From a virus (Duplodnaviria; Caudoviricetes): DNA of 64,000 nt. A program made the translations under genes and the position numbers. Below are positions 44,544-54,185 of this stretch, one piece after another. The stretch spans positions 1 to 64,000 of the IMG/VR virus record IMGVR_UViG_3300025915_000014; one strand, written 5' to 3'. Under the pieces are notes generated by a model. The model worked only from the letters and a program-made list of their open reading frames with translations. It was not told the origin of the DNA and ran no database searches. Numbering within the stretch: position 1 is the first letter of the stretch; each line of letters opens with the position of its first letter.

Positions 44544-46277
44544 CTAGGCCTTGAGCATGCGGAAACCGGCGTCGTTGATCGAGTCGGCGCCGTGGCGGAC
44601 GTACGCGAGCCAGCCGCGCTGCCCGGTGGGACGACCGAACCCGGCCCCAGCAGTGGTCTGCTGGAACAGGTGAGGGATGAACTCCATCGTCATGCCGATG
44701 CGGTCGGCGATGACGTAGTTGGAGAAGTCACCGAAGATCATGACGTAGTCGGTGCCCGCGGCGATGGTGCCGTCCATGTCCTCGGCCTCATATGCGGGCC
44801 GGTTGAGCAGCCGCTGCGGCCGGTCCCCGGCCAGCGCACCCCACAGCTCGTAGGTGGTGCCGAACGCGCGGATCATGTTGTAGATGAGGTTGTTCGCCAG
44901 CCAGGAGGCGTTGCGCCGGTACCGGGCAGGCAGCGAACCGTGGATCTTGTAGACGTCGGCGAGGGCGAGCGCGGTATCCGAGGCCGTGGTGACCTCGCTC
45001 GCGCCGCCGGTCAGCGCGGCCACGATCCCCGTCGGCATCGCCACGCCAGAGCCGATGGCGAACGCCGAAGACTCCAGAATGTCCTTGCCCTCGGCCATCA
45101 GCATCGCCACATCGGCGGTCACGTTCGCCGCGTCCTGGATCGCCTCCAGGGAGATCGGCACGAAGCCCTGCGCCTTGTAGATCGGGATATTCGGGCTCGC
45201 GAACGTGGTGGAGTCGTCGGAGACCTGGCTGGCCTCCGCGTCGTAGCTCCACGCCACTGCACCCGAGGAGATCCCGTTCCACACGTCGCCGATCGCGACG
45301 ACCTGCCGGGCCGCCTGCCGGATCTCGTTCACTGATCCATTCGCTGTAAGCACCACGGTTGGATCAAGCTGGAACGGCACCAAATATCCACCGGCCGAGT
45401 CGGTCAGGGACATCGCGCGGGTCTGCCGGGCCACATGCGACACCGTCGCCATGGCCTCGCGCTCGGCGACGGACAGGTTCGCGACCCGGTCGCCGCCCTT
45501 GAAGACCTTGCACCAACCCCGCAGGTAATCGGGCTGGCTCAGGGCCAGCATGAAGCGGGCCAGGTTGCCGTCCTCGTCATCCCACCGCTCGATGATCTGC
45601 GTGGAGGCCTGCCGCACGGCGTCGGTGGTGCCCGGCAGTCGCTCGCACGCGGACAGCGCGCGGGAGTGCCACTCACGGGACACCGCATCCGGGTCCCGCC
45701 CGAACGTGCGGACCTCGTCAAAAGCCCACGGGTTGCGGTAGCGGTGATCCTCGATCGAGTCCGGCTCCATGATGACGTCGCGGTCGTACCCGACCGAGGC
45801 GTCGTGGTTGCCGCGCCCGGGGCGGCGGTCGAACGCGCCGCGCTCCGCCCGCAGGTACCCGGAGGCGTTCAGCCCGTCGGTGGTCTGCCGCACCGCGGCC
45901 AGGGCGGCATCCCGCTCCAGGCGGCGGCGGTGCCCATCGACCTCACCGAACTCGGTCTCCAGCTCACGGAAGTAGGCGTCATCCTGCTCGCTGGGTGTAT
46001 CGAGCTCGGCGATGGCCGCCATCTGCGTGCGCAGATCATGCAGCCGGTTGATCGCCTGGCTATGGGTGAGGGTCGGCCCGCGGCGCTGCCCATCGCCGTC
46101 CCGGTCCGGGTCGGCATTGCCGCCGCCCGCCGGGGGCGCCGGGGCGTCCACGGTGCGGTCGCCGCCAGCGATCGGGTAGATGGGTGCACCGTTGCTCCGG
46201 TAGCCGAGCACGGTGCCGGGTGCGTTCCTGATGTAGCCGGTGCCGATCGCGGTCCGGCCCTTGTCCTCCGCCGTCAT
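44544..46277 (-). CDS. Major capsid protein, HK97 fold with long N-terminal scaffold (delta) region
   Basis: GGYLVP, FGDFS.YVI.DR.G, R.G.D motifs; N-terminal coiled coil. Confidence 0.93.
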   Translation of the reverse strand: MTAEDKGRTAIGTGYIRNAPGTVLGYRSNGAPIYPIAGGDRTVDAPAPPAGGGNADPDRDGDGQRRGPTLTHSQAINRLHDLRTQMAAIAELDTPSEQDDAYFRELETEFGEVDGHRRRLERDAALAAVRQTTDGLNASGYLRAERGAFDRRPGRGNHDASVGYDRDVIMEPDSIEDHRYRNPWAFDEVRTFGRDPDAVSREWHSRALSACERLPGTTDAVRQASTQIIERWDDEDGNLARFMLALSQPDYLRGWCKVFKGGDRVANLSVAEREAMATVSHVARQTRAMSLTDSAGGYLVPFQLDPTVVLTANGSVNEIRQAARQVVAIGDVWNGISSGAVAWSYDAEASQVSDDSTTFASPNIPIYKAQGFVPISLEAIQDAANVTADVAMLMAEGKDILESSAFAIGSGVAMPTGIVAALTGGASEVTTASDTALALADVYKIHGSLPARYRRNASWLANNLIYNMIRAFGTTYELWGALAGDRPQRLLNRPAYEAEDMDGTIAAGTDYVMIFGDFSNYVIADRIGMTMEFIPHLFQQTTAGAGFGRPTGQRGWLAYVRHGADSINDAGFRMLKA

Positions 46278-46323
46278 CGGCGTCTCTCCCGCGTACTAGG
46301 AGGGCACCCCCTCCGCGGAAGCG

Positions 46324-47499
46324 CTAGGGGGATGTGGGCAAGGCCAGGGTTCGATCGAGCACGCACCGGTAGCGGCTGCGCAGGTCGTCGCGTCGCTCAT
46401 AGGGATTGGCCGGACGACGCTCGCCCGTTCCCGTGGCCTGATCGCGAGTGCTGCCCGGCCGGTCTGCGGTGCGGTCCGGCTCGGCGCCCCGTGGGGGAGT
46501 GGCGTCCGAGTGGTCCGCGGCCGGTGGTCCGGTGGTCGGCGGCTCGTGCGTGTGGACGGCCGTAGCGTGGTCCACGCGGGAATTATGCACCGGTTCGATC
46601 AGCGAGCCAGCCATGCGGGCCAGCTCGGCGCGTCCCAGCGGCGCGAACCGGTCCGCCGGGTGCTGCGGCGGCGGGGTGCCGACCCCGGTAGCGCGGGCCA
46701 GCTCCGCATCGAGCAGCGCGATGACGTGCCCGGCGTCGCGCTGCTGCGCGAGCGCCGCCAAGTCGATGATCATGCGGGAGCCGTCGGTGCTGCGCGCGCC
46801 CACATCGGTGTCCTTGTAGGCGGGCCAGACGACGGGCCCGGCCTCGGTGACGCGCACCTCGATCAGGTCGCGGCGCAGCGGGAACTGGTCTTCGGAGCCC
46901 TCCTCCCAGAACAGCAGATTGAACAGCTCGTGATCGTCCTTGATCTCCCGGCCGGTGGCGTCCCACCACTTCTCCTTCATCACCGAGAACCGGAAGCTCA
47001 TCCCGGACACGTCGCCGCCGCGGATGGCCTGCGCGAACGGGGCGACCAACCAGTTGTCGGTCATCCGCCCGCGCGACCACGACCCGACCTCGTCCTCCTT
47101 CGCCTCCGTCCACCGCCCCAGCGGCAGCGACCCGAGCAGCGGATGGCGGCCGTGGTCGAACTGCATCTTGGGGGTGCCCTCGCGCAATGTCTTCTTGGTC
47201 GCACCAGGAAGCACTTGCTCGGTGAAATCTCCCTCCCAGCTCTTGATCTCGGTGAGGCTGTTGAAGACCGTCCAGTGCCCCTCGATGGTCAGCCCGTCGT
47301 TGACCTCACCGTCCGCGGCCGGGGTCATCCGCACCTGCTGATCGACGGTGCGGGACAGATCGGTGCGCACCGGGCGCCCGGCCAGCAGGGACCGCAGCGC
47401 ATGGTCCGGGCAGCCGTCCATCACCAACTCTGGATCACGTCCAGTCTGGCGGAGCCGGTCGGTCAGCTCGGTCACGGACATCAGCGCTGTGGTCATCAC
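46324..47499 (-). CDS. Prohead maturation protease (HK97/S78 family)
   Basis: IEGH..VFN, F.EQV.PGA, FDHG...LG, GMSFRF, EV...GPV.WPAY.DT. Confidence 0.9.
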   Translation of the reverse strand: MMTTALMSVTELTDRLRQTGRDPELVMDGCPDHALRSLLAGRPVRTDLSRTVDQQVRMTPAADGEVNDGLTIEGHWTVFNSLTEIKSWEGDFTEQVLPGATKKTLREGTPKMQFDHGRHPLLGSLPLGRWTEAKEDEVGSWSRGRMTDNWLVAPFAQAIRGGDVSGMSFRFSVMKEKWWDATGREIKDDHELFNLLFWEEGSEDQFPLRRDLIEVRVTEAGPVVWPAYKDTDVGARSTDGSRMIIDLAALAQQRDAGHVIALLDAELARATGVGTPPPQHPADRFAPLGRAELARMAGSLIEPVHNSRVDHATAVHTHEPPTTGPPAADHSDATPPRGAEPDRTADRPGSTRDQATGTGERRPANPYERRDDLRSRYRCVLDRTLALPTSP

Positions 47500-49046
47500 G
47501 ACCCCTTCCCGTTAAGCGCCAGGCGCGGATGCGGGTGCATACCGGAGACGTGCAGCAGCCGGTCGACGCCGTCGAGCGTGCCGGTCTCGGGCAGCGTCTC
47601 CTCCGCGTGCTCGCCGGTGGGGGCGGCGTCCTTCGTGGCGGGCTTGCCGCCGTTGGTTGCGGGCTTCGGCGCCGGGGTGGGCGCGGTCGGCGGCGGCCCC
47701 CCGATCGGCTGGAGCTGCACCGAGACCAGGCCGGTGGGGACCAGCAGCGTGGCGTCCTCCGCGACCGCGGCCTCCACCGCGCTCTCCGGGGTGAACCCCG
47801 CCGTGATGTAGATATTGATGATGGAGGCGCGGGCCTGCTCGACCGCCGCGCGGGCCTGCGCCTCGTCCCGCAGGAACGCGACCTCCCGGGTGTCGTACCA
47901 GAGCTTCGCGTCATTCCCCGGCGGCGGCACCAGCGGTTGCAGCGACCCGCACACATTCCCCCACAGGCTCGCCATGGTGATGTCCCCGAAGCGGCGCATG
48001 GCCTGCGCATAGTTGGAGTACGTCGCCTGGGACAGGCCCTCGGAGAGACCGACGATGACCGGGGGCACCCCGGCGCGGGCCGCCATCCGGGTCTCCCCGC
48101 GGCCCTGGATCTTCTCGAAGTCGATCTGGTGGAGCTGCGCGCCGATCACCTTCACGTCCGCGCCGCCGCCCAGGTACAGCGTCTTGTAGGCGTTCTCCAC
48201 GCCGCGATGGTCGAGATCCATGGCCGCTTTGAACTCGCGGAACTGTCCCGGGGTGACCGCATCCGACAGCGCGACGGAGATGTTCGGGGTGGCCGCGTTC
48301 TCGAAGAACTTCGTCTTGTGCCGCTCCATCGCCTTGTCGTTGACGATCTCCCGGACGACCGCGGTCAGCCAGGACTGCCCGCGGTAGGTCGCGAGCGGGT
48401 CGGGGTCGGGCGCGAAGTGCGCCACCTCCGACACATCCAGCAGCGCGATGTCCTCCGGCGCGCACAGCTCGATGCCGCCGTCGTGATACGTGTAGCCGAC
48501 CCGCCGCCAGCCCAGCCGCCCGCCCGTCGGGTGCTCGATCGGCATCAGCATGATCTGCACCCAGTCGGGGCGCAGCCGCAGCAGCTCCGGGCCGAGCGGT
48601 CCGATGCTGCGGGTGATGTAGGAGTTCCCGGCCAGGTCGACGTCCTGCATCATCCGCATCAGCAGGTCTTGGGTGGTGCCGCCCGGCCACGGGTTCTCCA
48701 GCAGCGCCAGGTTCGGCATCCCGAACAGCCCGGAGCCGCGGCCGTTGCGCTGCCGCTGGAACGCGAACCCGACCAGGGAGAACGCCAGCACCCGCACCCC
48801 GGTGATCGCCGCGATGGCGCCGTCGCCGTCGTAGAGCTGCCGGGCGTAGCCCTCGAACGAGTGCAGCACCCGCTCCGCCGGTTCCTTCTGCCACTGCACC
48901 TGCCCGGGGGAGAACCCCCAGTTGTAGGCGGCGTCGCTGTAGAGGTTCCCCAGGGTGAGCGCGAAGTCGTCGACGGTCGTGATGTCGCGTTCCGGCTCGG
49001 GCGCGGGCCGCAGCCGCGACACCATCTCCGCAACGAGGGAGGGCAT
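47496..49046 (-). CDS. Portal protein (HK97-like)
   Basis: LE.PWPG, GNSYI, L.LLRPD, VAHF, GQSW, FFEN.ATP. Confidence 0.9.
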   Translation of the reverse strand: MPSLVAEMVSRLRPAPEPERDITTVDDFALTLGNLYSDAAYNWGFSPGQVQWQKEPAERVLHSFEGYARQLYDGDGAIAAITGVRVLAFSLVGFAFQRQRNGRGSGLFGMPNLALLENPWPGGTTQDLLMRMMQDVDLAGNSYITRSIGPLGPELLRLRPDWVQIMLMPIEHPTGGRLGWRRVGYTYHDGGIELCAPEDIALLDVSEVAHFAPDPDPLATYRGQSWLTAVVREIVNDKAMERHKTKFFENAATPNISVALSDAVTPGQFREFKAAMDLDHRGVENAYKTLYLGGGADVKVIGAQLHQIDFEKIQGRGETRMAARAGVPPVIVGLSEGLSQATYSNYAQAMRRFGDITMASLWGNVCGSLQPLVPPPGNDAKLWYDTREVAFLRDEAQARAAVEQARASIINIYITAGFTPESAVEAAVAEDATLLVPTGLVSVQLQPIGGPPPTAPTPAPKPATNGGKPATKDAAPTGEHAEETLPETGTLDGVDRLLHVSGMHPHPRLALNGKGS

Positions 49047-49291
49047 CAGCCCGCCCGCTCGTCAGGCGTCCGCGCCTGCTGCACCCACGGCGGGCGGCGC
49101 GGCTTCTCCCCGGCGTCGGGTCGTTGGACATCGATGCCCAACGCGGCCACGGCCATCACCAGCACCCCCAGCACGATCACGCCCCAGCCCACGCCGAACA
49201 CCAGCGCGACCCCGCACCCGGTGATAGTCGCACCCAACAGCACTGCAACCACGGCAACGGCGCGCGGTGAGATCAGCCGTACTCCGCCCAT
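49046..49291 (-). CDS. Small membrane protein between TerL and portal
   Basis: Two hydrophobic segments. Confidence 0.65.
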   Translation of the reverse strand: MGGVRLISPRAVAVVAVLLGATITGCGVALVFGVGWGVIVLGVLVMAVAALGIDVQRPDAGEKPRRPPWVQQARTPDERAG

Positions 49292-50979
49292 GCCTGCCCA
49301 CCCTGCTCGATGCCGTGCAGTCGGAAACCGTGCAGCGCGAGGGTAACGGCGATCAACGTCGTGATGTCCGCAGTCGAGGAGCGCTGGTCCCACGCCCACG
49401 ATTCCGACAGCGGCCGGGTGCCCGCCTCGCGCACCGCGTCGTTGAGCGGCTGCTGTCCACAGTGGCGGAGCCGGTCGGCCTCCACCGAGACGTCCGCGAC
49501 GATCTCCCCGCACGACGCCGCGTACTCCCGCGCCGACACCTCGCGCAGCCCGCCGTACGCCGAGCGGCGCGCCTTCCACCGCGGCAGCGGACCCGAATCC
49601 TCATCCTCCGGGTCCGGCGAGACCAGGTCCGCGATGAGCGCCCCGGCCGGGGACGCCGGGTTCAGCAGCACCACGCACACGTGATACCGCGCGCACAGAT
49701 CGAGGATCCGCGGCACCACCCACGCCGTCCCCCCACCCGGACGATGGTCGGTGACCTTGATGTGGAACCGGCCGTCCTCCTCACGCCGCCCCGCGGACGC
49801 GATGGCCGCCGTCCGCCCATCCAGGGACACCTCGACCCCGAGCGCGATGCACGTCCCCGGCCGCGAACCGGGGTCGCCGATCGCGACCCACCGGTCGTAG
49901 TCGATGCGGTTGGCATCCGCGTCCAGGTCCGGCCAGAACCCGATCCCCAAACGTTCGACCAGGAACGTGCGCAGCCCCATCGCCCGGAACTCGCGACGGA
50001 TGCGGCGCTCCTTGAGCCGGAACCCGACCCCGGCGTTCGCCGCGCACCACTGCTGCGGATCCCCGGCCAGGGCCCGCACCTCCTCCACCGACCGATCCAA
50101 CGCCTGGGAGATCTTGTCCTCGTCGGCCTGCCATTCCAGCCAGGCCAGCCCGCCCCGGTCCTCATCGACCTCCGCGCCCGGCGGCGCCGGGGCCTCAGAG
50201 ATCTCCGCGAGCGCGCGGGCCCGCACCCGCGCCAGCGTCACCCCCCACTGGTGCACGTCCTTGTCGACCGCCGAGCTGGTGTACCAGAGCTGCGGGTTCG
50301 GCACCGCGCTCAGCGTCGGCAACTGTGCGCCGACCACGGTCTCCGGCAGGTTGAAGGCCTCATCCCAGATCACCAGGTCGGCGGTGAAGCCACGCCCGGA
50401 ACCGGTGGTGCGCGCCACGAACCGCAGGCGGCACACCTTCCCGCCGGTGCGCTGCCAGGCCGCCGGGCCCGAGATGATGACCCGCGTCGGTTTGAGCTCG
50501 ATGCCCTCGTTGCCGTGCGCGGACTGGAAGCCGTTGGAGGCGACGCGGCGCAGCATCCAGCCGCAGCCCTCGATCCGGTTCTTGATCCGCCGGTAGGCCT
50601 CGGTGCTGGTTTTGAACTCGTGCGCGGAGTGGAGGATCAGCTCCTCCTCGAACAGGTAGAGCCCGCCCAGCTCCCGGGCTTCGAGGATGGCGCCCTTCCC
50701 GTTCTGGCGGCTGATCAGCAGCCCGACCTCGAACGCCGACCATTCCCAGTCGTCCTCATCCTCCGGGGACGGCTGCTCCCACAGCGCGCACTCCAGGGTG
50801 AACTCCTGCCAGGGGTCGAGGAACAACCCGGCGCCCGCGCAGAGGTCCACCACCTCCGGGCCGGAGGTGCGGAGCCGGTCAGTCTCCGGCGGGAGCAGGA
50901 GGCGTTGCGGACGCTGTAGCCCGAAGCGCTGCGGCCCGCGCGGCCTCGCGCCCCTTCGCTCGACGGTCGGCAAGCTCAT
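49273..50979 (-). CDS. terL: Terminase large subunit
   Basis: Walker A SRQNGKG, HSAHEFKTS, Walker B VIWDEA, nuclease C-terminus. Confidence 0.95.
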   Translation of the reverse strand: MSLPTVERRGARPRGPQRFGLQRPQRLLLPPETDRLRTSGPEVVDLCAGAGLFLDPWQEFTLECALWEQPSPEDEDDWEWSAFEVGLLISRQNGKGAILEARELGGLYLFEEELILHSAHEFKTSTEAYRRIKNRIEGCGWMLRRVASNGFQSAHGNEGIELKPTRVIISGPAAWQRTGGKVCRLRFVARTTGSGRGFTADLVIWDEAFNLPETVVGAQLPTLSAVPNPQLWYTSSAVDKDVHQWGVTLARVRARALAEISEAPAPPGAEVDEDRGGLAWLEWQADEDKISQALDRSVEEVRALAGDPQQWCAANAGVGFRLKERRIRREFRAMGLRTFLVERLGIGFWPDLDADANRIDYDRWVAIGDPGSRPGTCIALGVEVSLDGRTAAIASAGRREEDGRFHIKVTDHRPGGGTAWVVPRILDLCARYHVCVVLLNPASPAGALIADLVSPDPEDEDSGPLPRWKARRSAYGGLREVSAREYAASCGEIVADVSVEADRLRHCGQQPLNDAVREAGTRPLSESWAWDQRSSTADITTLIAVTLALHGFRLHGIEQGGQAWAEYG

Positions 50980-51409
50980 CGGCCACGTCCTCCGGGCCCT
51001 CATCGATCTGCGCCGCCGCGGCCCGCGTGTTCAATCCGTGCAGGTCACGCTGCCCGGCCATCGCACGCAGCACGATCACCGCCGCAGCCTCCGAGCCCTG
51101 GATGGCCCGAAGCAACCACGTCTGGATGAGCCGCTCGAACCGGTCGTCCATCAGCGCGCGTCGCTCGGTGACGGTAAGGGGATCCTCCCGGTCGGTGCCA
51201 CGGACACGCTGGGCATGCGCCAGGTACGCGGCGCGGGCGGCGGAGGCGTTCGAGTACAGCGTCGGCGCCACCCCGGTCGGGTCCGGCATCCGCGCGATCT
51301 GATCGAAGTTCAGCCCGCCCTGCGTCTTGAGCACGTAGGCGCGCTCCTGGCATTCCTCGGTCTGCCCCCGGCTGCGGCGGTGCCGCCGCGGGCGCGCCTC
51401 ACCCCCCAT
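50879..51409 (-). CDS. terS: Terminase small subunit
   Basis: HTH GLNFDQIA, VIVLRAM..QRDLHGL, DELADRR; immediately upstream of terL. Confidence 0.7.
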   Translation of the reverse strand: MGGEARPRRHRRSRGQTEECQERAYVLKTQGGLNFDQIARMPDPTGVAPTLYSNASAARAAYLAHAQRVRGTDREDPLTVTERRALMDDRFERLIQTWLLRAIQGSEAAAVIVLRAMAGQRDLHGLNTRAAAAQIDEGPEDVADELADRRAKGREAARAAALRATASATPPAPAGD

Positions 51410-51614
51410 GGCCGTTGCCCTTGATCTCCCGCTGCTCCAGTACGGCCACCCCCGACACCCCCGAGACGATGGTGAAGGCCACGCCGGGGAAGCGGGCCTG
51501 CAACCCCTCCACGATCTTGATCCGCTCGGCGTCGGACCAGCGGTCATCCGGGCAGGTCAGCAGCACCCGATCCCCCGGTCGCACCTGCATGGCGTGGAAG
51601 ACGCGCTCCATCAT
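51399..51614 (-). CDS. hypothetical protein
   Basis: ATGA overlap. Confidence 0.65.
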   Translation of the reverse strand: MMERVFHAMQVRPGDRVLLTCPDDRWSDAERIKIVEGLQARFPGVAFTIVSGVSGVAVLEQREIKGNGHGG

Positions 51615-51958
51615 GGCGGCCACTTCAGACTGCTCGGGAGTCGGGAGGCGCCGTTCGCCGCCGCCAACTCCTGGTGCGCCGCCGTCGCGAGCTGCTCGGC
51701 GACCTCGCGGACGGTCGCCCGCACCGTGGACTCGGTGACCTCATTCAGCGGCAGCACCTTGGCCAGCCCGATGTTGCGCCCGAGGTGCGCGAGCGACGGG
51801 ATCGCCAGGTAGACGAGCACTGCGAGGTGGGGATCCGGCACGATCGGATGCGCGCAGATCGACGCGGCGAACTGGCAGCGGGTCTCCGGCAGCGCCGAGC
51901 CCAGCTCATCGGCCGCCCAGATCAGCAGCGCCCCCGGCAGCGCCTCGTGATCAACCAT
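51611..51958 (-). CDS. hypothetical protein
   Basis: ORF track. Confidence 0.55.
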   Translation of the reverse strand: MVDHEALPGALLIWAADELGSALPETRCQFAASICAHPIVPDPHLAVLVYLAIPSLAHLGRNIGLAKVLPLNEVTESTVRATVREVAEQLATAAHQELAAANGASRLPSSLKWPP

Positions 51959-52071
51959 GGTGGCCGCCTGCGAACCCGCCGAGCCCCGCGTGTCCTGCCT
52001 GCCCCCGCGCCCGTATCAACAGATCGCCCCCGCCCGCATCGGCCCCGCGCCCATGCTGGCACGCTGCGCGC

Positions 52072-52290
52072 ATGACGACGCCATCGCGCGCCGCGTTGCT
52101 CTGGGAGATCGAGCGGCTGCGCCGGGACCGGAACACGTGGGAGCTGGTCGCGCTGGCCGGGCTGATCACGAAGCTGGATGCGGCGACGGCGGCGCGGGTC
52201 GGTGATCGCATGCGGGAGATCGTGTTCGGAAAGGTGGGGGGCGATCCGCGCGCCGCTACTAGCACCGGGCTGGCGCTGCGCCCGGACTAG
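52072..52290 (+). CDS. hypothetical protein
   Basis: CACGCT-6 nt-ATG leaderless arrangement. Confidence 0.6.
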   Translation: MTTPSRAALLWEIERLRRDRNTWELVALAGLITKLDAATAARVGDRMREIVFGKVGGDPRAATSTGLALRPD

Positions 52291-52293
52291 AAC

Positions 52294-52315
52294 CCGCGCC
52301 GGGCGCGCGTACCTT
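52294..52315 (+). promoter_or_regulatory. Palindromic operator plus -10 box
   Basis: CCGCGCCGGGCGCGC 52294-52308 (1 mismatch); TACCTT 52310-15; GTG 52323. Confidence 0.65.
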
Positions 52316-52322
52316 CCTCGTC

Positions 52323-52808
52323 GTGATCCCCGTCCGGTTGACGATCGAGGACTACGACCGCGCCGTCGCCGTCGGGATGCGCCGCATGGTCACCAGCCAA
52401 CGGCGCGGCGACAACCACGCCTCCACCTACCAGCGCACCTGGCTGGAACGCACCCGGGAGGAAACCATCGGGGCCTGCGGGGAGCTGGCGTTCTGCAAGG
52501 CCTACGACATCGCCTGGCCCGAATCCGTCGACACCTTCCACCACATCCCCGACGTCGCCGGGGTCGAGATCCGGGCCTGCCACCGCGACGGCGCCTGCCT
52601 CATCATCCGCGACAACGACGACGACGACCGCTGGTACTACCTGATCACCGGCGAGCCCCCGGAGATGATGATCCGCGGCTGCATCCGCGGGCGGGACGCG
52701 AAGCGGGATGCGTGGGTGCGTGATCCGCATGGGCATCGCCGCGCATGGTTCGTGCCGCAAGAAGCGCTGCATGCCGTGGCCGCGCGCAACGGGGGCCGGG
52801 AGCAGTGA
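52323..52808 (+). CDS. PD-(D/E)XK nuclease-like hypothetical protein
   Basis: GACGELA...PDV.GVEIR pattern. Confidence 0.6.
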   Translation: MIPVRLTIEDYDRAVAVGMRRMVTSQRRGDNHASTYQRTWLERTREETIGACGELAFCKAYDIAWPESVDTFHHIPDVAGVEIRACHRDGACLIIRDNDDDDRWYYLITGEPPEMMIRGCIRGRDAKRDAWVRDPHGHRRAWFVPQEALHAVAARNGGREQ

Positions 52809-53059
52809 TCGACGCCGATCAGGAGTGTCCGCGCTGCGGCGACCCCGGGCCGCCGCACACCGTGACGGTCGCGCTCAACCCCGACGCGCCGATCTGGGAC
52901 ACGTTCCGGGTGACGCTCTGGCAGTGCCGGGTGTGCCTGCATCGCTACTCGCGGGCCGCGGTCATCGCCGCCCGCCGCCGCGAGGCCATCGCCGCCGGGC
53001 CCCCGTTCGTGTCCGCGCGTGCGGTACGCACCGCCCGGCCCTCGCCGCGCTACCTGTAG
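52805..53059 (+). CDS. Zinc-ribbon hypothetical protein
   Basis: CPRC...CRVC; GTGA overlap. Confidence 0.6.
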   Translation: MIDADQECPRCGDPGPPHTVTVALNPDAPIWDTFRVTLWQCRVCLHRYSRAAVIAARRREAIAAGPPFVSARAVRTARPSPRYL

Positions 53060-53290
53060 AGCCTGCGCGAGGGACGGAGGGCGGGTCCGCACATACCACC
53101 GCGAGAGGCGGAGGGCGGACCCTGGGTATCGCGCGGCCGATTCCCGGCGTCCGGGGGGGGAACTTACGGCGAGGGTCGGGTCGCCCCCCTCCCCCCCCGC
53201 TCGATCGGACCCTCCCCCCCCAGGGAGGGCCTTTGACCTGCGACTATACCATCCTGTAGATCCACTTGTGATCGTTCCACTGTGGACTGG

Positions 53291-53599
53291 CTAGGGATCT
53301 TCGTCTGTGATCCACATGGTCATGTCTGGGCCACCATCCCAGAACGGCTTGGTTCCTTTCTGGATGTTGTGGATCAGATGAGCAGGTTCGAGATTCTCAT
53401 CTGCATAAGGATCACCACCATTAGCTATAGCTGATGTGTGATCAACGGAGAAGGACCAAGGATCTGGATGCTTGATCGTCAGGTCTATGGGAGCAGCGCA
53501 TAGCGTGCAGATCATGGGACGTCGCGCTCGCACACGTGCGACAGCACAACGCCAACGATGTCCGCTGCGTACTGGTGGGTCAGGGGACGCACGCACCAT
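53291..53599 (-). CDS. HNH endonuclease (packaging-associated position)
   Basis: C..C..PID...DP.S.SVDH....GG......NL..AH..HN..KG; low GC. Confidence 0.85.
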   Translation of the reverse strand: MVRASPDPPVRSGHRWRCAVARVRARRPMICTLCAAPIDLTIKHPDPWSFSVDHTSAIANGGDPYADENLEPAHLIHNIQKGTKPFWDGGPDMTMWITDEDP

Positions 53600-53976
53600 G
53601 GGACACCACATCCACATGTCGGGTAGGTGATCTAGCTGCTAGAGCGTATGTGCGTGGGTGGGGTGGCTGCGTGCGTGTGCGTGGGTACGTGCGTGTGGGC
53701 GTGTGTGTGCGTGTGTGGGCGTGGTAGCGCTGGGCTATAGGGCTGGCGCTAGTGGCTGCGCTACACCCACACACGCCCACACACGCCCAACGTCCCTATG
53801 CGCTGGTACGGCACGCCTGCACCCGACACCACGCACCCAGCACCCAGCACCCATGCCCATGCACCCTGGACGCTTGGGCAGGCAGGGGTGCAGGCGAGGG
53901 GACTGCCTGGCGTACCGAAGGAGGGCGGCCGTCAAGGCGGGCCCTTGGTGTGCTGGCCCTTGGTGCTGGGCCCGGT

Positions 53977-54082
53977 AGATACACCGGCCCGCTACTTGAG
54001 TAGCGCTACTTCTATCGCCCCGCGGAGATACACGGGCCCGCGGCTGATGGGGAGGGGGAGATACACGCCCCCGGAGATACAC
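53977..54082 (+). repeat. Four AGATACAC direct repeats
   Basis: At 53977, 54026, 54059, 54075. Confidence 0.75.
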
Positions 54083-54105
54083 GCCTGCCGGGCCCACGTC
54101 GACTG

Positions 54106-54133
54106 GCGCGCCGGGCGCGCACCCGGCTAAACT
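54106..54133 (+). promoter_or_regulatory. Palindromic operator plus -10 box
   Basis: Perfect palindrome 54106-54120; TAAACT 54128-33. Confidence 0.65.
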
Positions 54134-54185
54134 GGGCGTCTACCAGGGGAAACGCCCCCGGACGAAGATCCATCGGAGATCCACT

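Noticed and set aside
53640-54100. Possible CRISPR array
   Set aside because: Repeats are short (6-12 bp), irregularly spaced, without constant repeat-spacer units or cas genes
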